From an uncultured Methanosarcinales archaeon (GTDB lineage: Archaea; Nanobdellota; Nanobdellia; Woesearchaeales; GW2011-AR9): a stretch of DNA of 32,328 nucleotides. The notes under the pieces are model-generated. The model was given only the letters and a program-made list of their open reading frames with translations, had not been told where the DNA came from and did no database searches. The first letter of the stretch is position 1; every line of letters begins with the position of its first letter. Position numbers and translations under genes: made by a program. Positions 1 through 8,371 of the stretch are shown here, piece by piece. The stretch lies in assembly GCA_964344235.1 (NCBI GenBank), contig CAYFMJ010000009.1:1-32328 (forward strand), written 5' to 3'.

Positions 1-2
1 TG

Positions 3-230
3 AGCATCTCAGCAAACATCGCTGAGGGATGTGGAAAATCAACCAAGAAAGATTTCATCCGCTTTTTGCACATAGCTTACGGCAGCGTAAAAGAAGTAGA
101 GAACTACATTATCCTCGCTTCTCGTCTCAACTACTTGAACAGTAATCAAGTTGAGGAAGCGAATTTACGCTGCCAAGAAGTCAGTAAAATGCTTTTCTCG
201 TTCATCCGAGTACTCAAGAACGGGAAATAA
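3..230 (+). CDS. Four-helix-bundle protein (23S rRNA IVS-protein / Avd-like fold), 5'-truncated by the window edge
   Basis: Manual translation from nt 3: SISANIAEGCGKSTKKDFIRFLHIAYGSVKEVENYIILASRLNYL...RVLKNGK*. This matches the SIxxNIAEG...F.RFL.IA.GS..E family signature. Not in the ORF track because the start is outside the window. Confidence 0.85.
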   Translation, partial: SISANIAEGCGKSTKKDFIRFLHIAYGSVKEVENYIILASRLNYLNSNQVEEANLRCQEVSKMLFSFIRVLKNGK

Positions 231-338
231 CTTCTCTTTTTTTTGCAATGCTCAGAACTTCTCCGTCACTACGGACTACGTCCTACGCTCCTACGACCCC
301 GACGTGAAGTCGGGGGAGCTTAACCTCGTTAAGTTTAA

Positions 339-441
339 TTTTTGAATTGCCTAGATAACCTCAATCCTTTCGGATAATCTCTTCTTTAAAACGGTGCTGT
401 CTACGTACTAAATTGTAAAACTAAAAATTAGGGGTGGGGTG
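339..441. repeat. Left arm of an imperfect inverted repeat bracketing 452-1654
   Basis: TTTTTGAATTGCC (339-351), GGTGCTGTC (393-401) and AGGGGTGGGGTG (430-441) are exact reverse complements of 1751-1763, 1732-1740 and 1694-1705, in mirrored order. Confidence 0.7.
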
Positions 442-451
442 TAGATTATTT

Positions 452-817
452 CTAAAAACACTTCCTAGATTCTGCTAAATCTTTATGTGGATAAAGTTCG
501 CTAACACTTAATTCTAGATCTGATCTTATAGCTTCATATTCTTCTTGTCTTGGCAATCTTTCACCAAACGCTAGAACACCAGTCATTCCTAAATGGGCTG
601 GAATTTCTCCCTCTGTTATTACTGGTTCTCTGTCTAATTCTCTACAATGGCTTCTCAACCAATAAGCAAAATTTCTAAATGCACTTTCAAAGTGAGATAA
701 GACTTCACCTTCTGGTGATAGAACTACACCAAATGCTGAGAGTCCATCAAATTTGTAATCTGGTTGCTCTCTTTTGTGAAGATTTCCTATTTTTAAATAT
801 ACATTCGCTGGTTCCAT
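452..817 (-). CDS. Hypothetical protein (~121 aa)
   Basis: ORF track gives 452-883. The internal ATG at 817 (MEPANVYLK) is preferred because the upstream extension is AT-rich and promoter-like. No recognisable motif. Confidence 0.6.
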   Translation of the reverse strand: MEPANVYLKIGNLHKREQPDYKFDGLSAFGVVLSPEGEVLSHFESAFRNFAYWLRSHCRELDREPVITEGEIPAHLGMTGVLAFGERLPRQEEYEAIRSDLELSVSELYPHKDLAESRKCF

Positions 818-930
818 ATTATATCTGATACTCTCGCCACTTATAAATTTATCTAGTTTTTCTTTCAGTATAAGTAGTAACATTGAAATCGTAGCAAATT
901 TTATAAACTACTACTTCTACTACTACTAAA

Positions 931-1182
931 ATGCAAGAAACCATAAATGTCAATAAAATCGGACAGGAAGTTCTTCATCAGTTGGAAGACTTTAATAAAA
1001 AAATGTGGGATGCTGTTTCCTTTAGAATGGTTCATGCAATGATGAGTCAAGAATCAGCATTAAAAGATTCCTACAAAAAGACTCAATCATACAGAAAACA
1101 GAGATGGGAAAAAGCATTAAAGCAAGCCCACGGAAATAAAAGAAAAGCCTACCAACTTCTTGCATCAGAAGAGTTTAACTAA
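931..1182 (+). CDS. Small basic hypothetical protein (83 aa), possible C-terminal helix-turn-helix
   Basis: TTTATAAA at ~900-907 lies about 25 nt before the ATG. The C-terminal WEKALKQAHGNKRKAYQLL loosely resembles a Fis-type HTH. Confidence 0.6.
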   Translation: MQETINVNKIGQEVLHQLEDFNKKMWDAVSFRMVHAMMSQESALKDSYKKTQSYRKQRWEKALKQAHGNKRKAYQLLASEEFN

Positions 1183-1654
1183 AACTCGGCCATCTGATTG
1201 CATTAATGTTTAATTCTTTACAAGTATTCTCAAAAGCAGTATCTCTTACAACAATTATGTTAACTTTCAACTTCCAAAATCCATAAATGATTGGAACATC
1301 TTCATCATTTAATTGATATTTTTGTCCAATTTCTTCAATGACTTCAATATCATCTTCAATCACAACATTTGGAAGTTTCTCAATCATAAACTCTTCAAGA
1401 ATTCTGTCAATTTCTTTATTCGTTTTCGCTTCTGAATAATCATATCTGTTAATCAGAACACCTTTACATTCCCCAATACATTGACGAAGTGTGCAAAGAA
1501 ATTTATCTGGAAATGAGTACCCTCTTTTCTTGAAGTAATCAACTGCTTTTGGATACAGAATTAAATCAACAAGAACATTAGTATCAATCCCATACTTGGT
1601 GAACAAATCTCCGATTACACCACTCGAACTTAACACCATCCTCTTTCTTGCCAT
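1175..1654 (-). CDS. PIN-domain (VapC-like) ribonuclease
   Basis: N-terminal IDTNVLVDL, central E (ECKGVL), and C-terminal DEDVPII...IVVRDTAF acidic motifs typical of PIN domains. Confidence 0.8.
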   Translation of the reverse strand: MARKRMVLSSSGVIGDLFTKYGIDTNVLVDLILYPKAVDYFKKRGYSFPDKFLCTLRQCIGECKGVLINRYDYSEAKTNKEIDRILEEFMIEKLPNVVIEDDIEVIEEIGQKYQLNDEDVPIIYGFWKLKVNIIVVRDTAFENTCKELNINAIRWPSFS

Positions 1655-1693
1655 AACAAACTAATCAATAACATTTCTATATAAAACTTTAGT

Positions 1694-1763
1694 CACCCCA
1701 CCCCTTAAAAACTGTAAAACTAACAAACTACGACAGCACCTGAGAAGCACGGCAATTCAAAAA
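1694..1763. repeat. Right arm of the imperfect inverted repeat
   Basis: CACCCCACCCCT (1694-1705), GACAGCACC (1732-1740), GGCAATTCAAAAA (1751-1763). Confidence 0.7.
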
Positions 1764-2030
1764 CTCTACGCTTCACTACGTTACGCTTGCAGGGGCGTAA
1801 AGCCCCTGAAACTTAACATCGCTAAATTAGCTATATTACTCATTCCGCTACGCTGCATTGCGTCATACACAAAATCAGATTGTTCCCTAACAGGGAAACA
1901 TACTAATTTTGCCCGCAGAGGACAGCAGGGAAATTTAGCGAGCATTATCTACAATTTTTTCCGTTCCTTGATACAACTCTGTAAATGCTTGCGTTAGAAA
2001 TGCTAAAACTCTATATGAGTGGGGAGAAAA

Positions 2031-2702
2031 TTAGGATGCTAGTCTTATCTCTATTCTTTCTTTTCCAGAACCAATATTTTTTCGTTGCAATTCAAGATTT
2101 CCAATTTCAATAGTTGATTTAGGATGCGTTCCTCCACAGGGCATTTTCCATTCTTCACAAGTCCACCATCTTAAATCTGGTTTTTGTTCATCATCTTTTG
2201 TAATTATGGCATGGTTTTCAAGAAGAAATTTATTCACTCTCTCCTGTATATCAGGAAGAACATCATTTAATGGCTTGTCATACATAAAATCAATACGAGC
2301 CTTTTCTTCTGCAATATTTGAACCAATTATTTTCAATTTTCCCAATTTTTCTATAACAAAATAATAGACAATATGGGCTGCTGAATGAAGTTTTCGTAAT
2401 TTTGCTCTTCTCTCTCCATCAATCTTAACCTCAACTTCTTCACCAACATTAAAATCAGGCTCTTTTTCCAATTCGTATTCAATATCAATTATGCTCTCCT
2501 TGTCTCCTTGTTTTACTGCATTGACAACATTTATTCCGCCAATTGTACCTTTATCAGATTCTTGCCCTCCCGAAAATGCAAAGAAAATAGTTTGGTCTAA
2601 TTTTACTTTATTTCCATCTATACAAATTACTTTAGCTTTGCATTCAGTCCTGTATGGATCTTGCCAAAAAAGTTTAGTTAACATCTTGAGGTCTAAATTC
2701 AT
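2031..2702 (-). CDS. alaX: Alanyl-tRNA editing protein AlaX (trans-editing)
   Basis: LDQTIFFAFSGGQESDKG N-terminal motif, HSAAH (HxxxH) and CGGTH zinc motifs, GSGKERIEI tail. The start may be the ATG at 2684. Confidence 0.92.
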   Translation of the reverse strand: MNLDLKMLTKLFWQDPYRTECKAKVICIDGNKVKLDQTIFFAFSGGQESDKGTIGGINVVNAVKQGDKESIIDIEYELEKEPDFNVGEEVEVKIDGERRAKLRKLHSAAHIVYYFVIEKLGKLKIIGSNIAEEKARIDFMYDKPLNDVLPDIQERVNKFLLENHAIITKDDEQKPDLRWWTCEEWKMPCGGTHPKSTIEIGNLELQRKNIGSGKERIEIRLAS

Positions 2703-3360
2703 ATTGATTTAAAAAAGATACCTCTATTTGAAGAGGCTTTATTGAGCTTCGTATTGTTTGTGATGGGTCTATATAAGCATCCAGACAATCTCTCAAACTA
2801 CACACATAAACCATGCTATCTCCATGTTTACTGGTAGACGCAATTATGCCTTTTGCTTGAGTTGCTATAATCTCCTTTTCTATATCACTAACCCAATCAC
2901 CTAAGTGTATTACTCCATCAACATATTTCGCGTGTTGTTCATAACTCGCATCTGATTCTCTCCTAAAGTGTTCAAAATCATGATGTTCGGCCTCATTTGG
3001 GTCAAGAGACATAGCATCTAATCTTCTTCTTGATAACTCAATCTCTTTGTCGTTTCCTATTAATTGAACAGGAGTTCTAGTTTTTTCTCCATATTCCAAT
3101 GGAATAAAAAATTGATAATTGAACACATTTCTAATGTGGTTTTCAATATAACTTGCTCTATCCTGCGATAGCCCCCTACTAACACAGTCAGACAAAGCCT
3201 CCAAATTTCGTTCTATCCATTCACCTCTAAGATGTTCCAAATAGTTAGCCGTTGCTCCGATACCTATTCTATCCGGATTTAAAGAAAATAGTGCCCTTCT
3301 CATCCTTTCTGGACCTTGTGGATCCATTGCACTTATACCAAGTAAATGAACTTTTGCCAT
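2674..3360 (-). CDS. Hypothetical protein, N-terminus weakly TraB/GumN-like
   Basis: 228-aa ORF overlapping the alaX start. VHLLG...LNPDRIGI is reminiscent of TraB-family N-termini (weak). Confidence 0.7.
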   Translation of the reverse strand: MAKVHLLGISAMDPQGPERMRRALFSLNPDRIGIGATANYLEHLRGEWIERNLEALSDCVSRGLSQDRASYIENHIRNVFNYQFFIPLEYGEKTRTPVQLIGNDKEIELSRRRLDAMSLDPNEAEHHDFEHFRRESDASYEQHAKYVDGVIHLGDWVSDIEKEIIATQAKGIIASTSKHGDSMVYVCSLRDCLDAYIDPSQTIRSSIKPLQIEVSFLNQYEFRPQDVN

Positions 3361-3410
3361 AAAGAAAGTAAAACCAGCGGTTAAATTAAACTTTCGCCGT
3401 CATATGCCTG

Positions 3411-4052
3411 CTATTTTAAAGGTTCTATTAACAGATTCATTACTCTTTCTTCAGCTTTCCTAAGATGTTCTTGAAATGTGGTTCGTGGCATTTTTACTTT
3501 TTTAGCCAAATCCTGAACGGATACTTTTCTGGGATATTTGTAATATCCGTATTCAATTGCCAATTCTAGAACTTGCCTTTGTTTCTCTGTCAATTTTGGC
3601 ACTTCATGCTGAATAAAGACTGATGGAGATTCTTGCTTAATTTTCAACATTTCTACATCAGCGATCTTTTCTACCTTATTCAAGAAATCAATTAGCAATT
3701 TTTTCTCCCACGAACCTAATTCCCAATATTCAAATCCATCTTTCATTAAAACAGGTTGAATAAAAAACAAAGATTTTTCAAAGACTTCCGCAATGGAATC
3801 TTTGCCTTCAATCAAAACGAACAATTGGCTTCCTTTCACAGAACATTTTTTGACTCTTTTATCATTCCTTACACTTGTAATGAATTTCTTCTTGTCTTTT
3901 TCTGAACCATATAAGAAAACCATGCCAGTATGAAAATGCTTACCTTTCTTCACATAACTATTTAGAGGAACGCCTCTAGCAACAACTTTATATTTTACTG
4001 TTTTATCCAAAATCCAGTCATCATGTTTAATCTTGAATTTTGCAACCCACAT
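3411..4052 (-). CDS. Archaeal transcriptional regulator with C-terminal HTH_10 (bacterio-opsin activator type) domain
   Basis: LTEKQRQVLELAIEYGYYKYPRKVSVQDLAKKVKMPRTTFQEHLRKAE. Confidence 0.9.
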   Translation of the reverse strand: MWVAKFKIKHDDWILDKTVKYKVVARGVPLNSYVKKGKHFHTGMVFLYGSEKDKKKFITSVRNDKRVKKCSVKGSQLFVLIEGKDSIAEVFEKSLFFIQPVLMKDGFEYWELGSWEKKLLIDFLNKVEKIADVEMLKIKQESPSVFIQHEVPKLTEKQRQVLELAIEYGYYKYPRKVSVQDLAKKVKMPRTTFQEHLRKAEERVMNLLIEPLK

Positions 4053-4084
4053 ATTGATAAGAACAAGCTTTTAATTATTTAAAG

Positions 4085-7000
4085 CTATTTGAATTTTCTC
4101 CCCTTTGAATTCGCCCCTATAACAGAGTTCATTTGACCGCTAAATTGTAAGCGGATAAATTCACCCATGTCTTTTTTAAGGAGCATTGGAATTTCATAAC
4201 GAGCGTAACTATTCCTCTTATCTTTATCAGTCAATACAATATACACTCTGTCTCTATACTTTTTCTTCGCGGCGGCAAACTTCTCATCAGTCCTCCCACG
4301 ATGTTTTTTCAATCCTTTACCTGTCTCAATCTCTAGCACAATTTCCTGTCCAACTTTATTCTTGAACACAATATCGGGTTTCTTCGTTGTATACACAGAA
4401 ACCTCCTCAGTATACTTTTTCAACTCATCAACGATTAATCCAACAAGTAACGTGTGTTCTAATGATTCGTTATGTTTTTGCTTCACGTAATACGTATGCG
4501 GGCCGGATGTTAAGCCGTGTCCTTTCTTCATCACATAGCCATGATTTGCGAGAACATTCACTTGTAACACGGTAAGACCTTTTGCAGGATAGATTAATTG
4601 TGTTAAATCTAAGTTAGCGGATTCTTTCTCTTTGCTGGTATCTTTAGGGGGTTCTTTCTTTTCACTCAGCTTAATCATTTCATCTGGATTCGTGGTGATC
4701 AGCTTATGTTCTTCTGGAGACGCAATTACTTCCAACTCTTGATGTTCATTTTCCAAAATTAGAATGCCATTGCCCAAAGAAGCAGAAACAAGGAAATCTC
4801 TCTCGTTCTGTGATAGATTAAATGTGCGAGCAACGTTTGAAATTACCGCGGGTTTCTGCCTTAATAGAAACGTATACGAAGTATTAGCTAATACTGCATG
4901 CCCTGCTTTTGAACCAACTAAATCAGCAACGTCTTGTGTAATCATTAACAACCCGAGATTATACTTTCGACATGTCTTCACAATTTCAAAGACATATGAT
5001 GATTCTTCCGCTGTTTGCAGCATTGACCACGCTTCATCAATCACCAACAATTTTCTGTTTGAAGACTCCTTCATTTTCATATATACATGATCCAAAACCA
5101 GATACATCACAACCGGTTTTACTTGCTTAGGCATATTACCAATATTAAAGCAGACGAATTTGTTATCAAAATTAATGCGAGTTTGTCGATCCAGAAAACC
5201 AAACACCCCTTTAGAAGTATACATATGTAATCTATTAAGTAATGCCCGATACGTTACCTCTTCCTGCTTAGGAACAGATTTCATCAGTTTTTCAAGCATT
5301 GCATACAAATCACTAAGAATCGGCGGCTCAGAAGCGTCATAGTTATCCCTATCAATCCCTTTGTCTTCATAAGTCATATCAATAGCTCGATCTAAAATGC
5401 TCTTCTGCAGCTCATTTATGTCACCAAACATGATGCCAAACAAATCTATCAAACTAAGGCGTTTCTCTAAGTATTCATGTCCCATCAGATCGAGAGGGTT
5501 AATGATTGTCTTAGAATCTTTAGAGATGGTAATCGTCTCTCCTTTGTATTGCTCTGTAATCGCAAGATATTCTCCTTGCGGATCAATAATAATCACATCG
5601 CATCCATTCATGAATTGCCGTGAAATCAATAGTTTCGTGAAATACGATTTTCCGGATCCAGATGTTGCCAAGATGACACCATTGGCATTCGCCAAATGGA
5701 AAATGTTCTTAATGTATGGAATCTTATTCTTGTTCAATCCTAAGAGGACACCATCAGTGTCAATATCTAAGAAAGGTGATGAAAACGGAAAAAATGCAGA
5801 AAGTCCTTTTGTGTGAATGTTTCTCTTGGCATTAAGTTTGTTCTTCCCTAGCGGCAACATGGATTCATACGCCGCCATCATCTCAAACAATGGCGTTTTA
5901 GATTGAATCATCAAACCATCTAAACCTGCTTTGACTTTTTTCGCAAGCAAATTAACTTCTTGCAGAGATTTACCTTTACACATAATGTATAAGCTAACAT
6001 TGAAGAGCTTCTGCTTTCCCTTCTGCAAATCTTCTAAGACTTTTTTAGTGGACTTAAATTTAATATCTAATGAGGGGTTAATGATTCCTTTCTTCGAATC
6101 TGCATACAAATCAGATTGCTGCTTTTGTAATTCTCTATTAAGTTGAATCATCGTATGCTCGATGGGGAACGGTTCAATATGCACAGAAATATCATATTTC
6201 TCACCAGAAGAAATGATTTTATCTAAGAATCCCATCTCCACAGAGTGGGGGTAACCAGTCACTTGAATGACTTTACAAAAGAGATCATTAACTTTGAAAT
6301 GGTCAGGCATGAATTTGATTTTTTCAGGAGCATAGAGAAAATGTGCTACGTCGTTCGTTTGTTCTTTCTTGAGTTCTTTCTTTTTGTTATGGGCGATATA
6401 GCTGTGAAAGAAAGTTACAGTATCTTCTTTGGTTAGTTTTCGTACTTTTAGTCCTAATTTATCAATACCTTCTTGACAAATCCTAATCTGCATAGATAGC
6501 GTATCTTTCTCAGGAATAATGATGTAAAAATTTCTGTTTTGGATATTGTTCGTTTGAATTGATTGTCGAATAAATTGACAATATGAATCTAAAAGAGGCT
6601 TATATTGTTCTCCTTGTTTCTTGACTTGTTTGTGTGTATATGTGAAATGTTCTCCTAAGTGAATAGGGTTGCTTGTAATATGAATCTGGATAGGGAAATC
6701 TAAAGAATTAAGAAATTTCTCAAAACTAAGTAAAATTGACTCCTGCTCTTCGTTAGTTTTGAGCATGAAATTCATTGGAATGACTTCGAGAATAGCTAAT
6801 TTGTTTTTAGAAAGTTCAATTATATCATCGACTTTTTTCACATCAACGATGCGTTTAAGATCATCACTCAATAATTCCATCTCTTGGTGACGCAGATGAC
6901 CAACCAAACTCTTTGTCTTATGAAGTCCGTCAAAGAACATAAAGAAGCTTGCAGCTGCGATGATGAGTGTTCCGATAGGAATAACTGCTTCAATCGGCAA

Positions 7001-7120
7001 GAATTTGAGCAGAAAGATAATGATGAGTAAAGAAGGCGCTGCTATCGCTAGCTGAAAGAGAGTCAACCTGAAGATGATTCTCTCTTTGTGCTGTAGTGGT
7101 GGTGGGATGTCATATGCCAT
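4085..7120 (-). CDS. virB4: VirB4/TraE-like T4SS ATPase with N-terminal PrgI/VirB3-like membrane region and C-terminal PD-(D/E)xK-like domain
   Basis: N-terminal IIFRLTLFQL plus two TM helices (PrgI-like); FLNSLDFPIQI; LSAFFPFSS; Walker A ATSGSGKS; IIIDPQGEY; Walker B LLVIDEAW; RKYNLGLLMITQ. C-terminal H...PDIV...EIETG. Confidence 0.88.
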   Translation of the reverse strand: MAYDIPPPLQHKERIIFRLTLFQLAIAAPSLLIIIFLLKFLPIEAVIPIGTLIIAAASFFMFFDGLHKTKSLVGHLRHQEMELLSDDLKRIVDVKKVDDIIELSKNKLAILEVIPMNFMLKTNEEQESILLSFEKFLNSLDFPIQIHITSNPIHLGEHFTYTHKQVKKQGEQYKPLLDSYCQFIRQSIQTNNIQNRNFYIIIPEKDTLSMQIRICQEGIDKLGLKVRKLTKEDTVTFFHSYIAHNKKKELKKEQTNDVAHFLYAPEKIKFMPDHFKVNDLFCKVIQVTGYPHSVEMGFLDKIISSGEKYDISVHIEPFPIEHTMIQLNRELQKQQSDLYADSKKGIINPSLDIKFKSTKKVLEDLQKGKQKLFNVSLYIMCKGKSLQEVNLLAKKVKAGLDGLMIQSKTPLFEMMAAYESMLPLGKNKLNAKRNIHTKGLSAFFPFSSPFLDIDTDGVLLGLNKNKIPYIKNIFHLANANGVILATSGSGKSYFTKLLISRQFMNGCDVIIIDPQGEYLAITEQYKGETITISKDSKTIINPLDLMGHEYLEKRLSLIDLFGIMFGDINELQKSILDRAIDMTYEDKGIDRDNYDASEPPILSDLYAMLEKLMKSVPKQEEVTYRALLNRLHMYTSKGVFGFLDRQTRINFDNKFVCFNIGNMPKQVKPVVMYLVLDHVYMKMKESSNRKLLVIDEAWSMLQTAEESSYVFEIVKTCRKYNLGLLMITQDVADLVGSKAGHAVLANTSYTFLLRQKPAVISNVARTFNLSQNERDFLVSASLGNGILILENEHQELEVIASPEEHKLITTNPDEMIKLSEKKEPPKDTSKEKESANLDLTQLIYPAKGLTVLQVNVLANHGYVMKKGHGLTSGPHTYYVKQKHNESLEHTLLVGLIVDELKKYTEEVSVYTTKKPDIVFKNKVGQEIVLEIETGKGLKKHRGRTDEKFAAAKKKYRDRVYIVLTDKDKRNSYARYEIPMLLKKDMGEFIRLQFSGQMNSVIGANSKGRKFK

Positions 7121-7210
7121 GAACTTAATTTTTACTCAAAAGTGACGAAAGATTTAAAAACAAAGAACCAATTTGGTTCTTTATAAACCCATAACGAAGG
7201 TGAATATATT

Positions 7211-8074
7211 ATGACATTACAATTTAGCGGAAAAAGTGAAATGGTTATGCCCTACAAAGCATTTCCTCAAGAAGGAACAGGAAGAATGATTGATATTGTT
7301 CCTCAAGCTGTTGCACAGGGCTATGCTCTCGCATCTGTTGCACAAGTTGCAGATCGTCGAATGAATGCGCCAGAAGATGCGCGCCCAGTATGGCGAAATA
7401 ATTACGTTTTTACTGCCGATGCATTTACAAGAGGAACAGAGGGAGATTCTGTTTTTACGTTAGATGAAGAAGCTCTTTTGACACTTACTCCCGAAGTTGC
7501 TGGTTCTCTTATCGCAGGTGCTCTGCCACGCTCTGCAGAAGAATTCGCACAACTGCGTGAAGATGGACTTTATCTTAGTGCAGAACAAACTGCAGAATTA
7601 AACGGAAAAGGATGGGCATATAGTGGTGGTGTCTGGAAACCAGAGGCGCCTGTTGTTGCAGAGGTTACCGATTTCGTACTACGAGGAATGAGTGAAGCCG
7701 ATCGGATTCAATACCTAAATGGAGTTCGAGATGATTCTAAATCAAATAGAGTAATGAGGTTCTACCATGGTGGTTCAAATGATGACACAGTTCTAATGCG
7801 GTCTGTGGTTGTTGATGGAACTAGGTACGATTCCATTGTTGATGGTGATAGCTATCTCTATAGCAATAATGCCCGTCTCGTCGGGGTAGCGCCGGAGGCG
7901 CCTGTTGCGCGCGAAAAATTAGCTGCGACAGATTTGGAGGGAACACTTCAAACCGCTGATGTTGGCTCAGTACTTGAGGATGCTTCTCGGCTAAATGATT
8001 TCGCACCAAACCAAGTAACATTATTGAGAAACGTTCTTGAGGAAGGTGGTTACCAGATTGTTAAACCCAAGTAA
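7211..8074 (+). CDS. DGR target (variable) protein, 287 aa; CLec-like fold inferred
   Basis: Contains VR in frame (RSVVVDGTRYDSIVDGDSYLYSNNARLVGV), with GAAGGTGA ribosome site at ~7196-7203. No signal peptide or TM helix visible. Confidence 0.92.
   Translation: MTLQFSGKSEMVMPYKAFPQEGTGRMIDIVPQAVAQGYALASVAQVADRRMNAPEDARPVWRNNYVFTADAFTRGTEGDSVFTLDEEALLTLTPEVAGSLIAGALPRSAEEFAQLREDGLYLSAEQTAELNGKGWAYSGGVWKPEAPVVAEVTDFVLRGMSEADRIQYLNGVRDDSKSNRVMRFYHGGSNDDTVLMRSVVVDGTRYDSIVDGDSYLYSNNARLVGVAPEAPVAREKLAATDLEGTLQTADVGSVLEDASRLNDFAPNQVTLLRNVLEEGGYQIVKPK
7798..7888 (+). repeat. DGR variable region (VR)
   Basis: 91-nt ungapped alignment to 8281-8371 has 16 mismatches: 11 A>G, 4 A>T, 0 A>C, and one non-A mismatch (T>G, AAT>AGG). 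Confidence 0.96.
7889..7901 (+). promoter_or_regulatory. IMH-associated hairpin GCGCC-GGA-GGCGC
   Basis: Perfect 5-bp GC stem with a GRA triloop starting immediately after VR. It is absent after TR. Such hairpins are established cis-elements for DGR homing. Confidence 0.8.
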
Positions 8075-8280
8075 GGTTTTGTTTTCAGTTACTTTTTTAT
8101 ACTTCTTCTTTTGTTCTTTTCTTTGTCCCAGCTCGCTCAATGAATCTCATTGGGTTGATTGAGAGAGTTGGTCTACACGTCCTTTCGCCATGGCAGCGTT
8201 GCTGTTATAAAATACAACTCCGACTTGATGCTCTGCACTGAAGGGGTGGTGACTTCACAGAGGCGAGAGGGCTACTCTAG

Positions 8281-8371
8281 GCGGTCTGTGGTTGTTAATA
8301 AAACTAATAACAATTCCAATGTTAATGGTAATAACAATCTCAATAACAATAATGCCCGTCTCGTCGGAATA
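8281..8371 (+). ncRNA. DGR template region (TR)
   Basis: GCGGTCTGTGGTTGTT-AAT AAA ACT AAT AAC AAT TCC AAT GTT AAT GGT AAT AAC AAT CTC AAT AAC AAT AAT-GCCCGTCTCGTCGGAATA. It has 13 AAY codons and 33 adenines in the VR frame. Confidence 0.96.

Noticed and set aside
317-335. GCTTAAC-ctc-GTTAAGT as an integron attC (RYYYAAC/GTTRRRY)
   Set aside because: Only 3 nt separate the boxes, with no L boxes. It is too short for an attC and is treated as a simple hairpin.
151-345. 64-aa ORF in the track
   Set aside because: It overlaps, out of frame, the real four-helix-bundle gene (3-230) and runs into the repeat block.
4387-6436. Plus-strand ORFs within virB4, and similar antisense or nested short ORFs elsewhere (e.g. 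2491-2712, 9227-9520, 13311-13649, 16984-17400, 19136-19450, 23952-24326)
   Set aside because: They are shadow frames of well-supported genes, with no motifs or independent expression signals.
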